Of a stretch of 64,000 nt of DNA, positions 12,636-25,219 are shown piece by piece. Position 1 is the first letter of the stretch, and each line of letters begins with the position of its first letter. The DNA is from Camelus dromedarius (lineage: Eukaryota), in contig NC_087437.1 of NCBI RefSeq assembly GCF_036321535.1, forward strand, positions 13,084,001 to 13,148,000. The letters are read 5' to 3'. Below the pieces are notes generated by a model that worked only from the letters and a program-made list of their open reading frames with translations, was not told the DNA's origin and ran no database searches. The position numbers and the translations under genes are program-made.

Positions 12636-13123
12636 TGTGGCCAGGGGCATTGTCCAAAGATGGCCACAGCTAAGTCTCTCCCCACGTGTGCTCTTCTACA
12701 ACATGACCCTTTGGCTCTCTCATCGACAGGTGGTGTCTAATTCTCCTCCTCTAGAATCTGGGTTGGCCTATGGCTGTCTTGTCAAGTGACCCTGTGAGAC
12801 CTCCAAGACTAAATCAGAAAAGGCCCAAGGCCATGCAGCTTCCCTGAGACTGCCTTGTTGAAAATGCTGCATTTCTCGCTCCTGCCAACAGCCCCAGCTG
12901 AGCCCAGACTAGCAGCCATGCCTGCCCAGCACACAGCATGTAGGTGACGCCGCCTTGGATTCTCCAGACCAGCACAGCTACCCCCTGAGTACCAATGAGT
13001 GACCCAGTCAATGGCCAAGGAGCAGAATAGCCTGGCCAAGCCCTGCCCACATCCTGGACCCACAGAATCACGAGGTATAATAAGTGCAGGGTAGTTTGTT
13101 ACATGGCATTCTTAACTGAAACA
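12636..13123 (+). mobile_element. MLT1 (ERVL-MaLR) solo LTR
   Basis: tgtgg...caaagatggccac start, gaatctgggttggcct, and end gtagtttgttacatggca...aactgaaaca. Confidence 0.85.
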
Positions 13124-13272
13124 CCCTTTGCCCTAAGGCAAGACAAACAGAGAAACAGAAAAAAGGTTCCCACCTTAGTGCCTGGAGGAAATCTGACAGC
13201 TTCATCTGAGGCTAGTTAGAAGCTGGTTGAAAGGGATTAAAAAAAAATGCAGAGTTTCAGGATGGTAGGTAG

Positions 13273-13785
13273 TGTCGACATAAGTAATCAATAAATAATA
13301 AGAAGAACAGGAAAGAGTTTTACCCGAACCAAACTGAGGACTAGCCTGGAAGCCTGCTTCCCAGATGATTCTGAAAAACTGCTCCAGAGAAGCATGAACT
13401 CCAGCAGTTTTCTATCTTGTCAGAACAAAGAAACAGTAACAAGTCAGTGATGCATTTCTTCAAGATTTCAAAAAAAAAAAAAAAAAAAAAAAGGAATAGA
13501 CCAACACGCACATGGTGAGTCAGTATGGTCTTGGCACCCAGAAGGCAAACCTTATTATCAACCGAGGACCAGCATTGACATCCCTGGAAGAGGGGCGTTT
13601 AATCTTCATTTTCAACATGGCCGTTCTTTACTTCCAGTGATGTTTCTTTAATAATGAAAGCAGATACACAATGTATGCATGATGGACCACACTCAGGTTG
13701 TTTAGTTAGCATAAAACTCAGGCTGACTCATGCATAAGCCAGAAAGATTTCCCTGTATCTCAATATGTGAATTTTTCTTTTATCA
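13273..13785 (-). mobile_element. ERV1 solo LTR
   Basis: TG...CA termini with perfect 4-bp TSD gtag (13269-13272 and 13786-13789). Shares a tgaggac...gcctgg...ctgctcca block with the LTR at 19906. Confidence 0.85.
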
Positions 13786-15154
13786 GTAGAAAAGGACATG
13801 GGTCTAGTACAAGCTGCTGGGGAAATCTAGACTAAAAGGCAGCTGTCAACGAAACATTATATCTTCCCAGTAACTCCAAATCTTGTCTCCAGTCGCCTCC
13901 CCCCTCCAGTAATCTTCCCCGGGTCTAACCTTACTCAATTACCTAAATTCAACTCCATCATTTTCCCTTTTACCCTAAAATATTCTGCTCACTCACCCAT
14001 GTCAACAGAAGACAGTCTATATCTGTCACTTTGCCAGATCAGACGCTTTAGTCTGAAAGCTAAAAGTAAGGGGCTTGGAGTCAGAAAGACTCGTGATGGT
14101 TAAATTTCTAACCAGAAAACCTTGTTGTCTGTTAATATTTTTTGCGTGATCTATTTCTAGATATGCAGCCTTTAATATGACCAAGATGATGTTTTCTGGA
14201 ATAATGTGATTTTTCTACGAAAGGCATCCTTACAGACAAATAACTCATGCTGATACTTCATAAATTTTCTTGAATTTCTCAGTAAATTTCACTCTTGGTC
14301 ACCCTTTCCGCATATAATTTAAGACCTGGCTGAGATCTCAAACCGTTATTTATAGAATTTGCTCACCCAAAAATGGTATCAGGGAGTCGTCTATACATTA
14401 AAAATTGCTAGAGAAAGGTTCCTAAATGATTCGGGCTCTATTTCTCCTCCAGGCTCCTGGGAGAAGTGCATTATCCAAAGCACCAGAAAGAGTCCTCAGG
14501 TCTGCAAATGCTATGATACATGTGAGGGTGAGGAATCCCTGCCCCCTCCAATTATTATTAGAGACTTATTATTGGTAGAGATTGAAAAGGCAGTTGTAGA
14601 GATTGTCAGGGAACCGCCTCACTTCTCACTATAATGGAAAAGTCCGCCTGGGCCCCACCACATAAGCCGCACCATGTGGCTACTCCAGTGCTAACAGACC
14701 TTGCTCAGTGCCAATATCGTAAGGTGTAACATTAGTGTTGAGAAACTGGATTTATCAGCTGCTGGGCAGGAATGCACAGCCTTGGGGATGATTTGGAACA
14801 TGCATTCAGGTTAACACCATAAATCTTCCAAAGGGATCCTATCAGAAGATGTTAACCCAAGAAAATGTGTCTGGACTTTTGGCTTGCTGTTCATCTCACT
14901 CCTTTCCCAACCTCTGCCATTACTATCTTGTATTCGCTATTAGTCTCTGACTTATTATTCTCAACCAGGCTTGAACTGAGCATCTTTTTTTATTGATTCT
15001 AGATGACTGTGGCCCATATTCTACTTTTCTCTCACCATATGGCAGGTTCTGAGAGGCCAACATCATGGTATTTGAGACGTTTGTCTTTGGATTAGACCAC
15101 TTGGGTTTGACCTTTTGCTTTATTAACTTGGGCAAATTATTTATTTTGTAGGAA

Positions 15155-15771
15155 TGTCACTGGTAGATATAGTCAGTGTCCAGGCTCTTGTGCCATCCCA
15201 GAAAGAATTCAGAGACAAGATGTGGAGGTTAAGAAAATCAAGTGAGAACTTACTAAAGGATGGATAGTACACTCTCAAGGGGAGAGCAGGTAGGCTCAGG
15301 TGAGCAGCTGTCCTGAGTTTCTTTGGTAAGTTGTTTACTTAGGGTGTAAAAATGAATGGGCGGAATATTCACTGGGGAGGGAAGGGTTTGGAGTCCTAGT
15401 CCCTGATTTTCATACCAGCTCCATCTTCCCCAAGGGAGAAAAGATTTTTGTCCTTATTTAGTCTGGATCAGAAGTGTCATGGCCTCGGTGCATGTTGGGT
15501 ACTTCTAATCTGCAAGGCTAATTTTATTGAAATGAGGGCATAATGAGCAAAAAGTTACATTCGAACAATGGTGATTCCCGCCTTTTCCCACCTTTTTTTA
15601 TTGACCTCCAGGACACTTGTCACCCCAAAATGTGTGATTTCTTATCAGCCCAGAAGTACCTGCTTTTCTTTGTCTGCCCAGGGACCCCGGTTGCTTTTGT
15701 GATGTAGGGTTTCCTATTTGACCTGCGCCCCCCTTTCTCTGCTCATATCTTATTATCTGCCTGCTCTGACA
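15155..15771 (-). mobile_element. ERV1-type solo LTR
   Basis: TG...CA termini. Reverse complement aligns by eye along its length with the LTR at 17468-18046. Confidence 0.85.
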
Positions 15772-16169
15772 GCACTTGAAACATGATTTTAATAAATGTA
15801 CTTGCACAAAGAGTCATTATGGGAGTTAACGATCGATACTGTATATAAAGTGATAAAAACAGCCTTTACTATTGTTGTTGTTAAGTGCTTTTAAGTATAT
15901 AGTATTGGTCCACCTTGTATTTTCAACTTTTCCATTCTAACTCTGCTTTTCCAGCCTCAAGTGCTCACAGCCTGTTTCCTCACTAAGTGCCCAAGATGGG
16001 ATAGGTTTAATAATAATGCATCAGTGTAAATGTACTAGTCAATATTTGCTAGACTGTTGTAAGGATTCATAGAACGACTCTCTCATAAAGGAAAAGGGTG
16101 GTAGGAAATAAAAACCTCAGGAGAACTAAAGTAGTGTTGAAACACATGTGAAGTGCTTTCATCATGTGT

Positions 16170-16305
16170 TGAAGATAGACTGTGTGGACTGTTGCTCTGT
16201 AAGTTTCCTGAGGGCAAGGATCATGTCTGTCTTGTTCACTGCAGCATCCTTAGCATCTCGTTCAGAGTCCTGCACACAGAATGCCCTCAGTAAATATTTA
16301 CCGAG
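16170..16305 (+). mobile_element. L2 3' end
   Basis: ctgtaagtttcctgagggcaaggatcatgtctgtcttgttcactgc...ctcagtaaatattt. Confidence 0.85.
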
Positions 16306-16539
16306 GGAAGGAACAACCTGCACATATATTGGAAGGATTGCCCCAACTTTAGCAGTATTGTCTAAGAAAATGGCTCCTAGTGATCCAATTCATTTTCTCT
16401 TTCCTCCTTCATTCCCTCCCTCCATCCGTTTTTCTTCTTTCTGAGACTGCTGAAAACAATGTGGGATGTTTAAAGTCTTTCCTTCTGTTCACTCGCTGTT
16501 GTTCCCACATGCAGGATATCATAAAAAATACAGTATCAG

Positions 16540-17061
16540 CAATGGAATACTACTCATAAAAAAGAATAAAATAATGCCATTTGCAGCAACATGGGTGGAC
16601 CTGGAGATTATTCTACAAAGTGAAGTAAGCCACAAACAGAAAGAAAAATGCCATATAATATCACATATATGTGGAATTTAAAACAAACAAAAAAGGACAC
16701 AGATGAACTTATTTACAAAACAGAGACAGACTCACAGACACAGAACAGAAACTTATGGTTACCAGCAGGGAAAGGGGGTGGGGAGGGATAAATTGGGAGT
16801 TGGAGATTTGCAGACACTAACTACTATATATAGATAAACTACTATATAATACTATGTAACTACTACATACTAGATAAACAACAGTAGCACAGGGAACTGT
16901 ATTCAACACCTTGTAATGTCCTATAATGAAAAAGAATATGAAAAGTATATATACGTATGTATAACTGAATCACTATGCTGTACACCAGAAATTAAAACAG
17001 CATTGTAAATTAACTATACTTAAAAAAAAAAGACATGAGAGAAGGAAAAAACATCAACAAC
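16540..17061 (+). mobile_element. 5'-truncated lineage L1 (ORF2 end, 3' UTR, tail)
   Basis: IKKNKIMPFAATWVDLEIILQSEVS is the L1 ORF2 C-terminus. Poly-A at 17022-17031. TSD atacagtatcag at 16528-16539 and 17062-17073. Confidence 0.93.
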
Positions 17062-17467
17062 ATACAGTATCAGTTTTGAGATTCTTTTTCAAAAAGCCTA
17101 CAAGCCATTGGAATATTTCAGGGGTAACAAATTTCTAACTGAAGTGTTGAGTGTTTGGCTGTATGATATAACATCATTTTTTAAACAGCAATGGAGAAGC
17201 TAGGTCAAAGTTCACATTTGCAAACCTATTTCCCTTGGCATGAAAATTAACGTGGTGGTAGATTGGAGATACTAGAAACAGGTCGGGAACAATGACCATC
17301 GTCTGTTAGAATTATGACAATGGGCAAAGACCCTGTGGGAAAATAATACAGAGAATATTTTTGCTGACTATTTTTATACCAAAATGAGAGACCCCTTCTG
17401 TCTTATAATATTACTATTATTATACTACTACTATTATTATTATTATTACTGCATTCAGAGGTAAAAC

Positions 17468-18046
17468 TGTTAGAGCAGACAGGTAGATAGAAATGAGCAG
17501 AAAAAGGGGGACATGGGTCAAATGCAGAAAACCAAACATCTTGTGAACAACAGGGGTCCTTGGACAAACCAAGGAAAACAGAGACCTCTGGACTGGTAAG
17601 AAATCATACATTCTGGCTTGACAAGTGTTCTGGAGGCAAAGAAAGGTAGGACAAGTCAGGAGTCTCCACCATCCAAATGTGACTTTTCACTTACGATACC
17701 CCCATCCAAATGTAACCTTTTGTTCATAGTGACCTCATCTGAATTCTTAATAAAGACTAATAAAGACAAAAAAAAAAAAATCCTCCCCACCTGGGAAGGT
17801 GGAGCTGGGATGAAGTTCAGGGAAGACGACCCCAAACCCCTCCCTGCCAATGAATATTCTGCCCATTCATTTTTACACCCATAAACCAGCTTGCCAAAGA
17901 AACTAGGGGCAGCTACCCACCTGGGTCTGCCTGCTCTTTCCTCAAGAGTGTGCTATTTATTCCTTAATAAATCCTTGCTTTGCTTTATTGACCTCTGTGT
18001 CTCCTTCCTGAATTCTTTCTGGGATGAGACAAAAACCTTCTCGACA
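17468..18046 (+). mobile_element. ERV1-type solo LTR, same family as 15155-15771
   Basis: tgttagagcag start, AATAAA near 17966, ...ctcgaca end. Confidence 0.85.
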
Positions 18047-18059
18047 GCAAGGAAACCAA

Positions 18060-18185
18060 CAGCCTTACCTGGGAGCTTGTTAGAAACACAGAATCCTGGG
18101 CCCCACCCCATTCTCCTGATTCAGAATCTGCTTCAGCAAAGCCCTGCAGCTGACTCATGTGCACAATGAAGTCTGCAAAGCCCTA
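18060..18185. mobile_element. MER5-like hAT-Charlie fragment
   Basis: acctgggagcttgttagaaacacagaatcctgggccccacccc...tcagaatctgc. Confidence 0.75.
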
Positions 18186-19660
18186 CTACAGATCAGAGGA
18201 CAGGTAGACCGAAGGGAAAAGGTGTCGGGTGGAGGTTAAAGGATTTCAATCAGTGCCCTGATTTAATGCTGGTTTATCTTTTGGGCTGACAGCAGCTGGC
18301 AGAGGGCTGGTTTGTCATGGTTTTCCTGCAAGCAGAGGAACAAGAAGGGTGATGAGGGCTTTTAGAGAAAATACTGGGAACGCACAGCTTGGCTCTCTCT
18401 TCAAGAATCTCACGTTTGCTTAAGAATGAAATCAATGGCTTTCATGACTGGAATCCTCCCTCACGGACAGCCCTCCACCCTTTCAGTGGAGATTTTGAGA
18501 TAGTCAGTCAGGTGCCTGGATAAAGATCACAGCTGACTCTACCAATCATCCTTGAGAAAAAAAATTTACTTTGCCTTAAATTCTCCACCTTCTCCCTCTG
18601 AGCTTACTAGAGGATTCATGACTAGAAAAGAACTGATGCTGTTTAGAAAATCTTTGCTGCTGCAAAATATATCCCAGCCCAAGCCAAAAAAAATGCTGCA
18701 ATGCTTACTTATCAAATAACCAAAATGTTAACATTGAACTGTGGCTTCACATCGCACTTTCTGTGCACACATCTCACCAGAGAAACAGGAGCAGGGCTGA
18801 GCAACCTGAATCTTCCTCCCCTAAGCCTTGTGAAAGAAGAAAGACATTGTTCAGCAAATTAAACAGGTAAACAAGATTTTAAGAAGACCGTTTAAACTGC
18901 TTAATAGATCAAATTGTTTTTTAACACTCTTAAGCAGCTGTTGGAATCATCAATTTACATACAAATAACGAATATGCTAATTGCAAAGCTTTCTTTCCTA
19001 GTCATTAAAAATAGGTCTCCCTTGGGGCCTTCTAAAAGACAGCTCATTGTTATTCTGATTGTAGTTACTGTCTATACTTAAGTTCTCCTTTAAAAATCTT
19101 TCCAATATATGTTTTTGCTAATTGGGGTAGGTCTTCCGTGGTTTTGCAGTTGACTTGGTGAGATTCTAGTCCATAAAAGCAAGTACAAACTTGCAAATGA
19201 ATTTTAAAATCCATTGTCGTGCAAAATAGTTTAACCAGCATATGAGTTTTTCACCAGGTTTCCCGCATTTACCTAGTTCATCCTACTTATGATGTCTCCT
19301 GTGGAAGTAAATATTAAGACCTCAGAGAATTACAGTATCATTGCTTTGGCTCATAATTTCAATTATTACTGATAATCCCTATACTCTCTGAGTGTAATTT
19401 ATTTTAGTTGTAACCAGTTTCTTTTGGATCCTGAACCTGTGGGGTTTATTAATCTGTGTGACTAATTTGCATTAATATGAATGGGAATGCTGATTATTTC
19501 TAAATTATTCATCGCTTATGAATGTTAATCTGAGTACAATTGCTTCCTTGAAAAACATCAAGCCTCGTTTTTCTTTGTTTTGTACATGGGGCAGTTTATA
19601 CACTTAAATATCACAAGGAGAAGTGAACCCAAGAAAACAGAGGTTAACAGGCACCTCTAG

Positions 19661-20638
19661 TGAGATGGGGTTGAGGAGAGCTTTCCTCTACCCTTCAAAG
19701 CTTGTTTCAGCTGGTCTGATCATCAAATCGACAGAAGACAGATTTACAGGAGAAAAACAAACTTAATTTTGTGTGGACAGACCTCCATATACATGAGGTT
19801 CAAAGACGGAAAGGTGAAATAAAGTGTCTCTGTTGTCCTGAGCTGAGGAATGGCAAAGGGCACCCGGGGCTTCAAAGGGGAGGAGGGCTGTTCACAGGAT
19901 GATAATGCCAACTGAAATAATATCACACAACACGAGCCTTGTGGGTTAAGTTTTATCTGGGGCAAAATGAGGACCACAGCCTGGGGGACAGCATCTCTGA
20001 TAGCTCTGAGGACCTGCTCCAAAGAGGTGGGCGGGGGTGGGGGGAGACTCAGTATTATATATGATTTCAGCGAAGGGGCGACATTCAGTCAAGCACACAC
20101 TTAGGCTAAGGCTTGATGCTAGTCACGAGGAACGGATGTCACCGTTAATGATTTTAGTGCTTTTTTAGATATGAGGAGATGCAAGCATTTGGGCTCAAAA
20201 AAATCTTCTCCTGAAAATATCTAACTATCTGAAGGCCAGTTTAGCCAGTTTTTCCAGACCACAGAGCACCTCATTCCTGACCACCAACCTTCTCTCCTTT
20301 CAGGGAGTGTTGGAGGTCAGCGGTGGCAGCGGCTCGTGATTTAATCCAAGCAGAGTTGGATGGCAAGTGCCAACGTGATCCCATCCTTGTAGAGGCAGGT
20401 GGCAAGTGCCAGTTTTTAGTTAACGATAAGAAGAGAAGACAGTATAATTAGATTTTTGCCCTGCTGTACGGATAAAATTTATCTCTGGTAATAATTCTCA
20501 TTTGGGGAAAGACCCCCAATTTAAATTCTACTAGGTAGTTAAGGTAGTTTCAGCCCACAGGGTCTTAATTGCCATTAGCTCAAAATAATCCACTTGCAAA
20601 GATGGCACATTTCAGGAGGCTCCTTCCAGACCCCTTCA
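19661..20638 (-). mobile_element. ERV1 solo LTR (MER34/MER39-like), interrupted by a second LTR
   Basis: Ends gctcaaaataatc...ggcacattt...gaccccttca, the reverse complement of a TGAAGGGG start. The two halves flank the inner insertion. Confidence 0.7.
19906..20425 (-). mobile_element. MER41-like ERV1 solo LTR (nested)
   Basis: TG start and CG (mutated CA) end with 4-bp TSD ataa (19902-19905 and 20426-20429). Sequence resembles the artiodactyl MER41-like consensus from memory (gatagctctgagg..ctgctccaaagagg; ttctcctgaaaatatctaactatctgaaggcc). Confidence 0.8.
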
Positions 20639-22886
20639 ATGGTTACCTCAGTTAGGCACAGCATATGACTAGATTCAAAATAACTCAAGAAATAAAAGAA
20701 AGTCATCCTGAGTTACATGGTCATAGCATCATCCATTTTTCATCCTTGATTTAGAGCTTTGAGTGAAAAACCCCACAAGTGCTACTCATTTATATTTTAA
20801 GAAAATTAACATGGCCTGATTTTTCAGATTCAACTAAGAGTGCTACCAGCTGACCGTGGTGAAGAATTCTGGGCTGTGACTGTAATGTACATACTTCAAT
20901 AATTTAGGTGAAATCAATTTTTGGAAATAATTCAAAGCAATGATTAAGGTATTATCCAGTTATGCACAAACTCTAAGCATGTATTTATAATCTCAAAGTG
21001 TATCCTTATAAAATAATCAATAAATAATAAATTGATTTAAAAATATGAGAGAACAAAAAAGATTAAAAAAACTCTTACAATCATTTCTCACTTCACTTAT
21101 ACTAGTAGTTTTCTCCAAAATTGATTCCATATTCAACTCAAGCCCCTTGCAACTCTGTTAATGAGCTCTCCTGCCCCTTTTTTGGGGGTCAAGATTAGAG
21201 AAGTTTTCACTGCATTTTAGTTTTCCCTTAAACCAATTAAGTATCTCCTTAGAGCATAAGCTAAACATACTTTCTCTGGATCCTCATCAATTTATATTCT
21301 GAAGATTATATTTCTTGCAAACTAACTTTTTAAAATGACTTTCCTTAAAGCTCTCTCTGAATTTCCATTTTCTGGTTTTTGTTTTTCTACCTTTGCTCCT
21401 TCTTTAGAAAATAAACTAACATTCAGAGTTGTCTTGTTTCAAGCAATTACAGATATTTTAGTAACAAACTATGCTTCCCTAATTTATCCTCAAAAGGCTC
21501 TTCCTTTCCCTTCATACTCCCTTCTCTTTTCTTTCCTTCTTTTTATAAACCTATTTACATATGTGTTCTACAATCACAAATATGTTTATTGAAATTGACT
21601 ATTAAAAATGAACATTTCAAACCCTGGGCAAGTGTTGCAGAATATTTATCTGTAAATAAACATTGAAACTAAGCATAAAGATGGATTTATCATACAGATA
21701 TCAGCATAAAGGATATTGGGTAACACAGTGAACAATATCCTGACTTACATGTCTATGAAAGATGTGAAAATATTGTTCAAACAACGGACTGTTCTAGTGA
21801 CCTTATAAGAACGTTGGTTATACCATTAAATGTTGGCTCAGTAAAACTATTTTGGCTATGGCTGATGGTCTAATTTAATAAAGGGACAAGACTTGAAAAA
21901 TCTACAGGAAACTAGAAAAGTAAAGCATATTATCTTAAGCAAGTTTTCAAAAAGTTGAGTGAAATCATAATCAAGTTTTCTAATAATTATCTAAAAAGCC
22001 AAATAAGAGTAATTAATTGATCTTAGAATCTCTTTTGAAATTATTAACGGAGAAAAATAATCTGCCACTACTGACGTAGTACCAGCACACTTACCCTATG
22101 CACACACACGTGTACATGCAGCGTGAATATAAATGTACAGAAACCGCAGAGCGGTACACAGATGTGTACTCCTGTCAGAATTAATACGATAAACAGTGTC
22201 TTTTCATGCAACTAAAAATGAGGACAAAATAAAGGGAGGAAAAAATTATATTCTCCCCAGCAAGCTGAGATTAATAATGGGCGTTAAGAGGAGCAGGAAG
22301 ACATTTTCAAAAAAGCAGCACGAAGTCTGATCAGCCTGGCCTTTGACTGCTGATGGTACATCCTTTGTAATTTTGCGTCCTTCATCTCTACCTGCAAAAT
22401 AGACTTCTACAGCTACCTTCGTTTCAGTGTTCAAGCCTGCCAGAAAACTCCATGACTCCTTTTGACACAGTAGAATTGTTCCCTATTCCTTCTCCACAGG
22501 GGTCACCAGTATGGCGAACAATTATGAATCTTAAGGTGAAAACAGGATAATCCGTGCAGAGCTGAGCACTTTTGACCTCAAGGGATTATTGATTTGTGTG
22601 GTGACTTTTGCCCTTGGTAAATCTCAACTTTCAATGGTGTGCAATTTTGTAAGTGTAAGCCAAACTCCTGGGGACTTTCTTCCATTAAATACATACTCTA
22701 TTGGGAAGCTTGTCTGTCTCCGTAAGACTTCGCTGTAGACAAAATGAGATTTTGAAAAAATAAATACGCTAAAATGATGGGCTAATGTCAAGGTCAAGCT
22801 ACCTTTAGATTAGCCTCACATTTAGTTTTTGTGAAAATTAGAAACCAAATTTTTATTATGCATAGTCACATAATACTCTAATAAAA

Positions 22887-23102
22887 CAGTTTCTCAATCT
22901 TGTTACAACTAATATATTGAGTTGGATCATTTTTTTCCCATGGGGAGCTGTCCTGAGAATCATGGGATATTTAGCAGCGTCTTTAGACTACACCCACCAG
23001 ATGCAAATAGCACCCCAGTCTCCAGTTGCAATGACCAAAAATGTCCCCAGAGAGCCTCAGATATTCTCTGGGAGCAAATCACCCTTTGGTTGGGAACCAC
23101 TG
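22887..23102 (-). mobile_element. MER20 hAT-Charlie DNA transposon
   Basis: cagtttctcaa...gatatttagcagc...cccaccagatgc...ggttgggaaccactg. Confidence 0.85.
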
Positions 23103-23474
23103 CTCTAAAATAGTCTGTGACATCTCTCACAAGCCACCCAGAAAATCATTATACCTGGATATTCTGTTCATCTGATCCAGGGTCCTTCATTGGACAAGTT
23201 TTTTTTTACACCAAGCCTCAGTTTCCCCATTTGTACAACACCCAAGTAATCCTCAGTTCTTCTGGCCTGAACTTATCTCTTCTGCTGCTGATGTTCAGTG
23301 GGTTCAGGATGGTTCCTTCAGGACAGCTGCTGCGGGGGCTGCACATTTCCAGTCGTCATCATCTCCTGGCATCCATACACCTCCAGCAGCCCCAGTCTAG
23401 CTCTCCTTCCTTCTTCTATTTTTAAATCTGCTGATCCTCCCAGTCAATGAACATGGATCACCAGTAGCTCAGTA

Positions 23475-23897
23475 TATCAGTTAAGGTAATGCTCGCTGCT
23501 GTAATAAATAAAACTTTAAATCTCAGTGTCTTATTAAAAATAAGTTTGTTTTTCATGCACATCATTGTCCATTCACATGTATGTTTCTGTTTGGGTACCT
23601 GCCATGTGATCCAGGGCACTCAGATTCCTTCCATTTTGTGGTCGGTCCCATTCTCCTCTAGGTCGCTGGAGGGCTTGCTTTTGAAATGATGACTTGGCAA
23701 AGAAACCGTGGGGGAGATACACTCATATCATATCTCAGCTCAAAAGTGTCATATAAAGCCCATTCTTATCCCATTTTCCAGAATTCAGTCCCTGCCCACA
23801 TCTAACTGTAAGTCATGTCAGGAAATAAGAGTCTAGCTGTGTAGCCATTTGAAAAAACAGAACAAAACAAAACTGGTTTTGGTAATAGACTCTGCCG
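23475..23897 (-). mobile_element. MLT1 (J/K-like) LTR
   Basis: tcagttaaggtaatgctcgctgctgtaataaa...aatctcagtgtctta; gactcagattccttccattttgtgg-like block. Confidence 0.7.
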
Positions 23898-25219
23898 AAT
23901 CCAGTTCATTTGGTCCTCTAGCTTTCTTCCTGCTCTATGTGGTTTTTGGCTATGTCTGGAAACCAGAGTCGGCTCCATCAAAGTTCTTCTCCTTGATGAC
24001 ACAGATTCCCTTGCTCCAAGGAACATCTGCTATACTAGCTCATCAGTTTTTTTCTGGTCTAAACTGGAGTCATTCCCAGGGTCTCCTTTTTCCCCACTGT
24101 CCCCAAGCTGCATTCCACCCAAAGCAATGGCTGCTGGGACTGGTGGCTCTAGGTTCACTGCATGCTCCCCAGTGTTAGCTGGTCCCTTAGTGCCACTTGA
24201 TAACGCATATCCATTGTGGTCTGTGGCTGGGAATCCTTCTGTTTCTCTCACATCGTTTTCATGACAATTTTTGCCAACTTTCTTTATTTTCCTTAAGCCA
24301 AAATCCTCCTTGCCTTGGGTTTCTTGACATATGATATCTCATCCTACTTTACTTTTAAGCCAAAGATTACTAAAAGGAATACTTTTACCCAATCTTTTCT
24401 TTTCTCCTATGCCTTGTTGTGGCTCTTCCATGTTTTTTCCTCTTTCTTTGTTGGAAGAAGAAGTGTTGCTCTTTGGGAGACCATACTCTATAAAACTGAC
24501 GCATCACTGAATACTTGCTAGGACAACTTCTCTCAATTGACCCCACTCTCTCAGGCATCCAATGATTCTTCCATATATGTTTGTGGATTGAATGAACAGT
24601 GATGTATGTGGCAAACTCCTAGAGTGAAAAAACTACTGGCTTTCCTTTTTACTACTGATCTTTACTGAAATTCCTGAAATTGTGGTCTCCTTCCAATTTA
24701 ATAAAAATCTCTTAAAGATCCCCAGACTTCATAAAAGATTGATGATTTTTCAAATCTAGAGATTTTTCCTCAGTTCACATACATCTATCTATAGAATTGG
24801 CTCTATAAACTATCTACCTCTTGTTTCTTGAAATTCTTGTAACTCTCAACTCTGTCCTCAAGATGAAGATGATTTTCTTCATGCATTGTTTCCAATTTTT
24901 CTTCTAACTTTGGGCATTTCTCATAGTTTCAGTCTTTATTTCTCCATTTCATTTCTTTCCTTTTTGCTTTTTAAATCTTTTTCTCAAAGAATAATTTTTA
25001 TAGCACAAAAGCATCTATGCCAATGTCGCTCAGATTTGAACTTGAGCTTCCTATCACGGTCCAGCACCATCTTCCACTGCTGATAACCTGCCTCCATGGA
25101 AAACAAGTGAATACATAATAAATTATGGGGCACCTGCCTTCCATTCTGACTTCTATTCACCCAACTTTAGACTTTTATACCTTGATTATTATCTTGTTAA
25201 AACAGCTTTAATTTCAACT

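Noticed and set aside
15155..18046. Full provirus bounded by two LTRs
   Set aside because: LTRs are inverted and diverged; the spacer contains L2 and L1 rather than PBS/gag/pol.
22246..22434. Minus-strand exon candidate (ttttgcag acceptor near 22393)
   Set aside because: No convincing donor and no recognisable peptide.
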